Positions 7,775 through 15,121 of a stretch of 35,015 nucleotides of DNA are shown here, in pieces (the first letter of the stretch is position 1; every line of letters begins with the position of its first letter). The notes under the pieces are model-generated. The model did not search any database. It saw only the letters and a program-made list of their open reading frames with translations, and was not told where the DNA came from. Source of the DNA: an uncultured Leptospirales bacterium (GTDB taxonomy: Bacteria > Spirochaetota > UBA4802 > JAFGDQ01); contig CAZVYR010000004.1 of the NCBI GenBank assembly GCA_964631555.1, positions 1-35,015 on the forward strand, in the 5' to 3' direction. A program made the translations under genes and the position numbers.

Positions 7775-9073
7775 ATGAGTGGTGAAATGATTGGTGTCAT
7801 TGGGATAATTGCTCTATTTATTTTACTCGCCATGCGGCTGTATATCGGCATTACCATGATGGTTGTAGGTTTCGTGGGAATAATTTTCCTCTTAGGCTTG
7901 ACTCCTGCTCTTGATTTGCTTGGACTGATTCCTTTAGGCGAAACTAAATCATATAATATGAGTGTTATCCCGCTGTTTATTCTTATGGGACAATTTGTTT
8001 TTATTTCCGGTATTAGCACGGACATTTATAAAACATTTTATAACTGGCTTGGGCATCAGAGGGGAGGTCTTGCAATAGCTACGGTAATTGCATGTGCTTT
8101 TTTCTCGGCAGTAAGCGGTTCTTCCCTTGCCACGGCCGCTACTATGGGTATGGTGGCAATACCGGAGATGCTGAGATACAAATACGATCCCAGCCTGGCC
8201 ACGGGCAGTGTTGCGGCAGGCGGGACTCTGGGGATTCTTATTCCGCCCAGCATAGGTTTTGTAATTTACGGGATACTTACTGAGCAATCCATAGGCAGAC
8301 TGCTTATGGCAGGATTGCTGCCCGGTATTTTGCTTACTTTGCTTTTTATATTAGTAATTACTGTAATATGTTTGATCAAACCGTCTATGGGACCCCGCGG
8401 TCCGAAGACAAAAATGTCTGTCAAGATAAAGTCTTTATCAGGAACATGGGGAATGTTATTGCTGTTCCTTATAGTCATAGGTGGGATTTACACCGGTATT
8501 TTTACACCTACTGAAGCTGCCGGTATAGGCGCTTTCTGTTCGCTTTTAATAGTGTTTTTTAAAAAGAAGCTAACCTGGAAGGGACTTGTTCAGGGTTTAA
8601 GCGAGACCGGGAAAATGACTGCTTTTATTTTCCTGATAATTATAGGAGCAAGTGTCTTTTCATATTTTCTGGCATTGACCGGTCTGCCTTCATCGCTAAG
8701 CGCGTTTATAAGCGGACTTCTTTTACCAAGAGCAGTCATACTTATTGCAATAGTATTTGTGTATATACTATTGGGCTGTGTCATGGAAGTGTTTTCAGTT
8801 ATGATTTTGACACTGCCGATTATTTTCCCGATAGTTCAGGCTCTCAATTTTGATCCTATCTGGTTTGGTGTTGTAGTGGTTATTGTGCTTGAGATCGGAT
8901 TTATCACACCGCCGATAGGACTTAATGTTTTTGTGCTGAAAGGCGCTGCTCCGGGGATTTCTGTAGAGACTATGTTTAAGGGAATCTGGCCGTTCCTTAT
9001 TATGGCTATCGTCGCCCTTATCCTTATATCTATTTTCCCGCAAATAGCACTGTTTATCCCATCTCGAATGTAG
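7775..9073 (+). CDS. TRAP transporter large permease (DctM family)
   Basis: 432 aa polytopic membrane protein. It starts immediately after the DctQ stop, with AAGGAGG upstream. Motifs such as SGSSLATAATMG and GTLGILIPPS are typical of DctM. Confidence 0.9.
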   Translation: MSGEMIGVIGIIALFILLAMRLYIGITMMVVGFVGIIFLLGLTPALDLLGLIPLGETKSYNMSVIPLFILMGQFVFISGISTDIYKTFYNWLGHQRGGLAIATVIACAFFSAVSGSSLATAATMGMVAIPEMLRYKYDPSLATGSVAAGGTLGILIPPSIGFVIYGILTEQSIGRLLMAGLLPGILLTLLFILVITVICLIKPSMGPRGPKTKMSVKIKSLSGTWGMLLLFLIVIGGIYTGIFTPTEAAGIGAFCSLLIVFFKKKLTWKGLVQGLSETGKMTAFIFLIIIGASVFSYFLALTGLPSSLSAFISGLLLPRAVILIAIVFVYILLGCVMEVFSVMILTLPIIFPIVQALNFDPIWFGVVVVIVLEIGFITPPIGLNVFVLKGAAPGISVETMFKGIWPFLIMAIVALILISIFPQIALFIPSRM

Positions 9074-9250
9074 TCTGAATTATAATTTTTTATACGGGTT
9101 AAAACCGCAAAGTTTCGGAGGACGAGAATGAGTCTTCCGGGATTTGCGCGTGTTCCATGCGGGGATTATTATAGGTGAAAATATCGATTTTTTATTAGTT
9201 CTTAAAGAGAGAGAAAAGAATATATTGTCAGCATTGCCGGCAGGTAGTTT

Positions 9251-9291
9251 GTGAAAAACCGCCTTGTCTTATTTATTAAGCAAGGCGGTTT
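9251..9291 (-). terminator. Rho-independent terminator of the antiporter operon (possibly bidirectional)
   Basis: 10-bp stem aaccgccttg / caaggcggtt with a 14-nt loop, starting 10 bp beyond the antiporter stop. On the minus strand it is followed by TTTTT. Confidence 0.75.
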
Positions 9292-9301
9292 ATATATTGT
9301 C

Positions 9302-10960
9302 TTAAGAGCCTGGATTTAATAACTGTTGTTTTATCATGTGATTGACATGCATCAATTCAATCTCACCTGTATATTTCTGTTCTTCCCGGTTGTTTATCAC
9401 CGGAATCTGGTCGGCCCCGATCTGATTCATTAATTTAACCGCATTTTCCAGCGGATCATCCATATATACAATATCATGTACCGCTACTGCCAGATCGGAA
9501 GCAACCAGCCAATTCCAGGATTCCTGATCAAGCAGGATTTCTTTTAGTTCATTGAAGGTTATCAGGCCAGTGAACCTGTTATTTCCATCAACAACAGGAT
9601 GATAAGAGCTGTCATTTTCTGAGAAAATCTGAAATAAATCTTTTAGTAAAGTATTTTCAGATACTGGAATTGTTTTATTTGTAATAACGTCTTTTACATG
9701 CCATTTTCCAATGATATCCTCTTCCGTGACATTCTTACCTATTTCGTCCGCTTTTTTTACGGCAAATTTTACCATTGTCGGACCTATTAATTGAACAATA
9801 AAGGTAGTTGTGGTAATACCAAAGATAATTACATCACCCAGATATAAGCCGCCTTTGATCTTTATATTATGCAGGTGTTGTGTTGCCATAATAGAAAGGC
9901 CGATGGCTACGCCGCCCTGTGCAAATAACCCGAAACCAATATATTTTTGAACTACATGGGCTGATTTGGATATTTTAGCTCCCAGGTAGGCGCCAAGCAT
10001 TTTCCCGGAACTCCTGAAAAAGACATAAAAAAGTATGATTGCCCAGAGCCAGCCCGGCATACTTTTTATTGAAAGGCGAGCCCCAACAAGAACAAAAAAC
10101 AGTATATAAAGAGGTGTTGAGAAATTTTTTATCAGGTTTATAATATGCTCACTTCTTTTGGGAGCAGTATTTACAACAGTGATTCCCATAGCCATTGTAA
10201 GAAGAATTATATCCATATCAAGGGCGACTGACAGCCAGATGTTTAACAGCAAGAGGCTTATGGCTGAAGCAAGCATTTGTTCTTTATGAACAAATCTGTG
10301 CAGTATTAAATTTAAGATATAGCCGGAAAAAATTCCCAGAAGTATGGAGCCGAAAAGTTCTATACCAATCTGCGATAAAATTTTGGCTATTGATATTGAA
10401 CTTCCTGAAAGGATTTGTGCGATGCTCGTTCCTAATCCATAGAGAGTCATCGCAAGTGCATCATCCAATGCCACTATTGCAATAATTGTCGTAGTAAGTA
10501 TACCGGCGGTCCTGTATTCCCATAAAACATCAATTGTTGATGCAGGGTCTGTGGCAGAAGCAATAGCTCCGAAGACGATACCTGTTGCCAGTGATATTGA
10601 GAAACTGTTTGTTATATAATACATAAGAGCGGATATAGAAGTCCCGACCAGTATGAACGCAAGCACTCCTTCTGCAAACAGAATTGCTGAAAATTGTTTG
10701 CCGTATTTTTTCAATGTAGCGAATTTAATTTCACTGCCTACCAGGAAGCCGATGATTCCAAGGGCAAAATAATTAAATGATCTGAGTTTCAGCACTACAT
10801 CTGTGGTAACCAGTTGAAAGCCGCTTTCGCCAATGATGATTCCTGCGATTATGTAACCCAGAACCTGAGGTATGCTTAAGCGTTTCATTAAAAGAGCACT
10901 TAGGATGCCGCCTAAAACACAGATGCCGAAAATAAGCAGAATGCCGGTATCAAAATTCAT
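9302..10960 (-). CDS. Cation:proton antiporter (CPA2/Kef-NapA type Na+/H+ exchanger family) with C-terminal CBS pair
   Basis: 552 aa. About 400 aa form a polytopic exchanger domain (ATDPAS, GARLS-type segments), followed by two CBS-like repeats (VKDVITNKTIPVS...HPVVDGNNRFTGLITFNELK; DIVYMDDPLENAVKLM...IPVINN). Confidence 0.8.
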   Translation of the reverse strand: MNFDTGILLIFGICVLGGILSALLMKRLSIPQVLGYIIAGIIIGESGFQLVTTDVVLKLRSFNYFALGIIGFLVGSEIKFATLKKYGKQFSAILFAEGVLAFILVGTSISALMYYITNSFSISLATGIVFGAIASATDPASTIDVLWEYRTAGILTTTIIAIVALDDALAMTLYGLGTSIAQILSGSSISIAKILSQIGIELFGSILLGIFSGYILNLILHRFVHKEQMLASAISLLLLNIWLSVALDMDIILLTMAMGITVVNTAPKRSEHIINLIKNFSTPLYILFFVLVGARLSIKSMPGWLWAIILFYVFFRSSGKMLGAYLGAKISKSAHVVQKYIGFGLFAQGGVAIGLSIMATQHLHNIKIKGGLYLGDVIIFGITTTTFIVQLIGPTMVKFAVKKADEIGKNVTEEDIIGKWHVKDVITNKTIPVSENTLLKDLFQIFSENDSSYHPVVDGNNRFTGLITFNELKEILLDQESWNWLVASDLAVAVHDIVYMDDPLENAVKLMNQIGADQIPVINNREEQKYTGEIELMHVNHMIKQQLLNPGS

Positions 10961-11625
10961 TATTCTTCCTCTTCTCCGGTCATGATTTTATACACCTCAT
11001 CTTCGGATTTCGTCTGTAATAACCTGGCCCGGGTTTGTTCATCTTTAAGTAATCTTGATATCTGGGACAGGGTTTGAATATATTGAGTATGCTGGTTTTT
11101 CCCTGCGAGAATCATGACAATGATACGAACAGGCTGACCGTCTAAGGATTCGTAATCAATAATATCTTTCTCACAAACTCCGATAGCCATATAGACATTA
11201 TTGATAGAATTAATCCTGGCGTGGGGGACTGCAATGGATAAACCGATCCCGGTACTCATCAACTGCTCTCTTTTATGAATGACATCAGTAATTTCGTCGC
11301 TGTTATTGATCTCTTCGATCGATAAAAACAAATCAATCATCTGATTCAGTGCGCCTTTTTTTGAGTCTTCCCTGATAAATGTTATCCGGTCAATTGATAG
11401 TATAGACTTTAATGAAATGCCATTAATATGATTATTGTTTAATTTGGGGGATAGTTTGCTGTTTATCCGGTTTTCGATTTCCGATTGTTTAAATCTCCAT
11501 GTCTCTCCTAATTTTGCTCCGGGAATTTCTCCTTTATTGACCAGTTCAAGAACTTCTTTCTCAGAGATCCTTAAATATGCAGAAACTTCGTCTAATGTCA
11601 TTATTTCCTTTTTACTATTTGTCAT
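10960..11625 (-). CDS. HTH (excisionase/MerR-like, HTH_17-type) fused to a PTS EIIA type-2 (EIIA-Ntr/Fru-like) domain
   Basis: N-terminus MTLDEVSAYLRISEKEVLELVNKGEIPGAKLGETWRF. The C-terminal EIIA-2 domain carries the phosphorylatable His context GIGLSIAVPHARI. Its stop overlaps the antiporter start (TAATG at 10958-10962). Confidence 0.75.
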   Translation of the reverse strand: MTNSKKEIMTLDEVSAYLRISEKEVLELVNKGEIPGAKLGETWRFKQSEIENRINSKLSPKLNNNHINGISLKSILSIDRITFIREDSKKGALNQMIDLFLSIEEINNSDEITDVIHKREQLMSTGIGLSIAVPHARINSINNVYMAIGVCEKDIIDYESLDGQPVRIIVMILAGKNQHTQYIQTLSQISRLLKDEQTRARLLQTKSEDEVYKIMTGEEEE

Positions 11626-11780
11626 TTTATACCTTGCTGTTAATTGTGTTCATCAAAAAATGTGTCCCTGAAAAGTCAATTGAATTTTTTATAATTATAG
11701 GATTTACATTCTTTTTCCTGAAAGAAATACCGAAATATATTGAAACTTATAAATTAATTTAGAATAATACAGTAGTTAAG

Positions 11781-11808
11781 AAGATTTGTCAATATATTGA
11801 CAAATCTT
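11781..11808. promoter_or_regulatory. Perfect 28-bp palindrome containing back-to-back TTGACA hexamers; candidate operator/bidirectional promoter
   Basis: aagatttgtcaata|tattgacaaatctt read directly; the 14-nt arms have no mismatch. TTGACA lies on the plus strand at 11797-11802 and on the minus strand at 11787-11792. The element is 44 bp upstream of the GT2 start and 156 bp upstream of the HTH-EIIA start. Confidence 0.55.
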
Positions 11809-11851
11809 TCGCAGTTTGTTTATTGTCCAATTATTAATTTGAGAGGTTTTA

Positions 11852-13384
11852 ATGGAATACAGGTACGAGGACTGCAGGATAGGCAGGGGGAATGAACTGG
11901 CCGGAAGGGATTTTATACTTTACAGGTTTTATGAAATACTGCCGGGATTTTTATCATGGGCTACTATAATTCTTGCTGTGTTGTGTTCATGGATTTATCC
12001 TATGCAGACTGCTATTTTTATTATAGCTTTTGATGTTTTCTGGTTATTGAAGACTGTTTATCTTTCACTTCATTTGAAGGCGAATTGGAAGAAAATAAAA
12101 AACCATATCAATACCGAATGGGCTGAGAAGCTTGAAAGTCTTGATTACAGGCATATATATCATATGATAATGCTTCCGTTTTACAGGGAGGATGAGTCAA
12201 TTGTTGAGAAGACTCTGCTTTCTCTTTTACAATGTAAATATGACAGTAAAAAGATGATCGTTGTGCTTGCTGCTGAGGAGAGGGCAGGCGCGGAGCCTTT
12301 GAAGATAGCGGGCTTAATGAAGAATAGGTACGGCATGGAGTTCGGGCATTTTATTGTAACTGTTCATCCTGACGGGATAGCAGGCGAGCTTGCGGGAAAG
12401 GGTTCCAATATCGCGTATGCAGCAGAAGAAGCCAGAAAAGAGATACTCGATAAGTATAATATTAATTATAAGGATGTGCTTGTTTCTGCTTTTGATATTG
12501 ATACTATTGTTTATGAACAGTACTTTGCGTGCCTTACGTTTATGATGCTGCAGAGCGAAAGGCCGTACAGGACTTCATTTCAGCCTGTGCCTGTTTTTAA
12601 TAATAATATATTCGAGGCTCCTGCTGTCTCCAGGGTAGTGGCGTATTCTGCTACGTTCTGGCAGATGGTTCAGCAGGAAAGGCAGGAGAGGCTGGCTACT
12701 TTCAGTTCTCATTCCATACCTTTCAGCACATTATATGAGGCCGGGTACTGGCAGAGCAACATGGTAAGTGAGGATTCGAGGATATTCTGGAACTGTTATA
12801 TGAAATACAACAGTGATTACATTGTAACGCCTATGTCGTATCCTGTGTCAATGGACGCAAATCTTGCGCCGGGGATATTGCAGACAATGAAGAATGTCTA
12901 TAAACAGCAGAGGCGCTGGTCATACGGGGTTGAGAATTTCGCGTATATAATGTATAACTTTGTGAAAAATAAAAAAATTCGTTTCAGGGAAAAGCTCAGG
13001 ATATTCCTTATCAATATTGACGGTTACTGGTCTCTCGCTACTAATCCTGTTTTGATATTTCTTCTTGGCTGGATGCCTGTGCTCCTGGGAGGAAGGGACT
13101 TTAACACCAGTATGCTTAGCTATAATCTGCCTTATATAACCAGAAATATCATGATGATCACTATGTCAAATCTCATTCTTTCATCTATGATCGCTGTGAG
13201 CCTTATGCCGAGTATGCCTGTGAAGATAAGGCCTCATAATAAAATTTATCATGTGCTTCAGTGGCTGCTTGTTCCGCTTACTATTACCGCGTTCGGAGCA
13301 ATACCGGCGCTGGATGCTCAGACAAGGCTTATGCTCGGCAAATACATGGGCTTCTGGGTTACACCCAAGCACAGGGCAGGTTAA
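11852..13384 (+). CDS. Family 2 glycosyltransferase, membrane-embedded processive synthase type
   Basis: 510 aa with N- and C-terminal TM segments. The catalytic core carries DxD (FDIDT), S/T-E-D (VSEDSRIF) and Q-x-x-R-W (KQQRRWSYG), the signature set of processive beta-glycan synthases. GAGAGG RBS. Confidence 0.8.
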   Translation: MEYRYEDCRIGRGNELAGRDFILYRFYEILPGFLSWATIILAVLCSWIYPMQTAIFIIAFDVFWLLKTVYLSLHLKANWKKIKNHINTEWAEKLESLDYRHIYHMIMLPFYREDESIVEKTLLSLLQCKYDSKKMIVVLAAEERAGAEPLKIAGLMKNRYGMEFGHFIVTVHPDGIAGELAGKGSNIAYAAEEARKEILDKYNINYKDVLVSAFDIDTIVYEQYFACLTFMMLQSERPYRTSFQPVPVFNNNIFEAPAVSRVVAYSATFWQMVQQERQERLATFSSHSIPFSTLYEAGYWQSNMVSEDSRIFWNCYMKYNSDYIVTPMSYPVSMDANLAPGILQTMKNVYKQQRRWSYGVENFAYIMYNFVKNKKIRFREKLRIFLINIDGYWSLATNPVLIFLLGWMPVLLGGRDFNTSMLSYNLPYITRNIMMITMSNLILSSMIAVSLMPSMPVKIRPHNKIYHVLQWLLVPLTITAFGAIPALDAQTRLMLGKYMGFWVTPKHRAG

Positions 13385-13390
13385 CGGGAT

Positions 13391-14269
13391 ATGGGACTTA
13401 AAAGAAAGCGGATTTATATACTGGGGCTGTTTTGCGTATTTATAATAGTTATTCCTTTGTTGATACTTTTTTCAATGGGATACAGGCTGGACAGCAAGTT
13501 CAGGCTGGTAAAGACAGGGGGGATTTATCTTGAGAATGACGAGTCCGGCGTGGTTGTAAAGCTCAATGGCAGGGTCATTGAAAAAAGCAATATGCTTGAG
13601 GAGAATATTCTTATACGCAACCTGGTACCTGAGACTTACCATGTTAGGCTTGAGAAGGACGGGTATAAAACCTGGAGAAAGAATATTAAGGTACAGGAAC
13701 AAAAGGTCACTGTCTGTTATCCTTTGCTGGTGCAGCGAGTACTTCATCCTGAATGGATTCCCAAGTATCATGACAATCCTGGGAAGAAAGGCAGAAAAAG
13801 ACGCGAGCTTAATGAGGAATATTCGGAAGCTATGGAGATTTTCAAAACTTATGACAAGCCTCCGAAAGATTTTATTTCCGTGTGGGAAGACAGCGATATT
13901 AAAAAATATAAGTTAGGTGCCGGAAGAAAGCTTAAAAAGAAAGTATTACTTTTCCGCCAGGGGAACAGGATATACGCGCAATGGACAGGGAATGCAGAGA
14001 GCAGGCCTTTCTTCATAGATTCGGCCAATAAAAAACTGGTTTATTATCCTGCTAATAAAATAGTTTCTTTTGGCTTTTTCCCGGGGAGAAGCGATTCGTT
14101 TCTTGTGCTGCATGATGACGGGATGCTGATCGCGGTGGAAATTGACACGAGGTTCGGCATTCATAATGTTTATAGAATAGTAAAAAACTGCACAGGGTTT
14201 GCGGTACATGATAAAGTTCTTTATTATATTTCAGGAAAGGCTGTTTATAAAATCGACTTTGAGTCGTGA
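13391..14269 (+). CDS. Single-pass membrane protein with PEGA domain
   Basis: 292 aa. N-terminal TM (IYILGLFCVFIIVIPLLILF), then a PEGA-like beta-sandwich segment (VVVKLNGRVI...LVPETYHVRLEKDGYKTWRKNIKV). It starts 6 bp after the GT2 stop. Confidence 0.7.
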   Translation: MGLKRKRIYILGLFCVFIIVIPLLILFSMGYRLDSKFRLVKTGGIYLENDESGVVVKLNGRVIEKSNMLEENILIRNLVPETYHVRLEKDGYKTWRKNIKVQEQKVTVCYPLLVQRVLHPEWIPKYHDNPGKKGRKRRELNEEYSEAMEIFKTYDKPPKDFISVWEDSDIKKYKLGAGRKLKKKVLLFRQGNRIYAQWTGNAESRPFFIDSANKKLVYYPANKIVSFGFFPGRSDSFLVLHDDGMLIAVEIDTRFGIHNVYRIVKNCTGFAVHDKVLYYISGKAVYKIDFES

Positions 14270-14388
14270 CCAGTTTGTCTTTGCGCATTCGTTCATGTGC
14301 AGGCATAATAAGTCTGCACTGCATGAAATGGGAATTCATGCTGCTGCCTTGCCGGAATGGTTTTATTAACTGACGGAACGGTTTTTTG

Positions 14389-14844
14389 CTATCCGGGGGC
14401 CGGATCGGGACAGCGTGATTGCGCATTTATGCAGGATGCATTCATATACGAGTCTGAAACGGAGGGGATTCGCTCAGAGAGCGGAAGAAAGTTCCAGGTT
14501 GGAAGTTCCAGGTTCCAGGTCAGAGAAGTCAGTTCGTCTGTTGAAGTAAGATTAAGTGACTGCATTATTCTTTTCATGTATTTCGAAATATACAGGTTGT
14601 AGCCGCTCATGTTTAGGTAGCGGGCCTTGCGGATGTATTCGTGTTTCCCGTCCGCAGACATGGCCTGCCATGTGCGCACAGCATCGCCGAATGCATTGCG
14701 CACTGCGCGCTGGGCTTCTGTATCCGGGTTGCGCGGAATTACATGCGCGCGTACGCACTGTCTGCCGCGGTTCATGTAGAAGACGACATTGCCTATACGT
14801 CCGCTTAATGTGTTTATCAGTATGTTAGTTGTTGCTGTTGCCAT
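14389..14844 (-). CDS. Small hypothetical protein encoded in a GC-rich island (conserved-looking N-terminal ~95 aa; C-terminal tail reads through a repeat element)
   Basis: ATG is preceded by AAAGGAAA 7 nt upstream. The N-terminus MATATTNILINTLSGRIGNVVFYMNRGRQCVRAHVIPRNPDTEAQRAVRNAF resembles, from memory only, DUF6266-type small proteins. Of the first 11 Arg codons, 8 are CGC. The last ~55 codons overlap the 11-bp and gttccaggt repeats and may not be genuine coding sequence. Confidence 0.5.
   Translation of the reverse strand: MATATTNILINTLSGRIGNVVFYMNRGRQCVRAHVIPRNPDTEAQRAVRNAFGDAVRTWQAMSADGKHEYIRKARYLNMSGYNLYISKYMKRIMQSLNLTSTDELTSLTWNLELPTWNFLPLSERIPSVSDSYMNASCINAQSRCPDPAPG
14448..14524. 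repeat. Copy of the 11-bp-periodic GC-rich repeat family, plus gttccaggt direct repeats
   Basis: acgagtctgaaacggagggga (14448-14468) matches 24856-24876 at 19 of 21 positions. gagcggaag (14479-14487) is identical to 24958-24966. gttccaggt occurs at 14491 and 14505, and tccaggt at 14514. Confidence 0.6.
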
Positions 14845-14867
14845 TTGTTATTTCCTTTGGTGATTAC

Positions 14868-14893
14868 TAGGGAACAGGCATGCCTGTTCCCTA
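14868..14893. promoter_or_regulatory. Perfect 26-bp palindrome upstream of the small GC-rich gene
   Basis: tagggaacaggca|tgcctgttcccta read directly; the 13-nt arms have no mismatch. It lies 24 bp upstream of the minus-strand start codon at 14844, so it could be an operator or a 5'-leader hairpin. Confidence 0.5.
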
Positions 14894-14945
14894 CCGGGTA
14901 ATATATTTTTATCCTCTTACCTTTATATACGTAAATGTGTCACGG

Positions 14946-15016
14946 TTTTTGGCAATTTTTGATAACTTTTTTGAATTTTTTTTTAGATTTGTAAAAAAAA
15001 TTTGTTTTTCGATTTT
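14946..15016. promoter_or_regulatory. Helically phased T/A-tracts (intrinsically curved DNA) in the divergent promoter region
   Basis: T5 at 14946, T5 at 14956, T6 at 14967, T9 at 14976, A8 at 14993, T5 at 15005 and T4 at 15013. Successive tract starts are about 9-12 bp apart. Confidence 0.4.
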
Positions 15017-15121
15017 AGCATTAATTTTGTTATCAGTTCTTTTATTTGACTTGTGTTTGATGCTATGTCAATTTGATACTCCGCATTCTGTTAAATATAT
15101 TTGAGATATGATTTGAATAAT

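Noticed and set aside
14556-14828. Plus-strand 90-aa ORF, together with 14357-14602 (+) and 14552-14758 (-), inside the GC-rich island.
   Set aside because: The Cys/Arg-rich translations are typical of off-frame reading of GC-rich DNA. The opposite-strand ORF 14389-14844 has the RBS and a protein-like N-terminus.
14880-15104. 74-aa plus-strand ORF starting inside the 26-bp palindrome.
   Set aside because: It is a Phe-rich translation of the phased T-tracts with no RBS. It is almost certainly non-coding promoter DNA.
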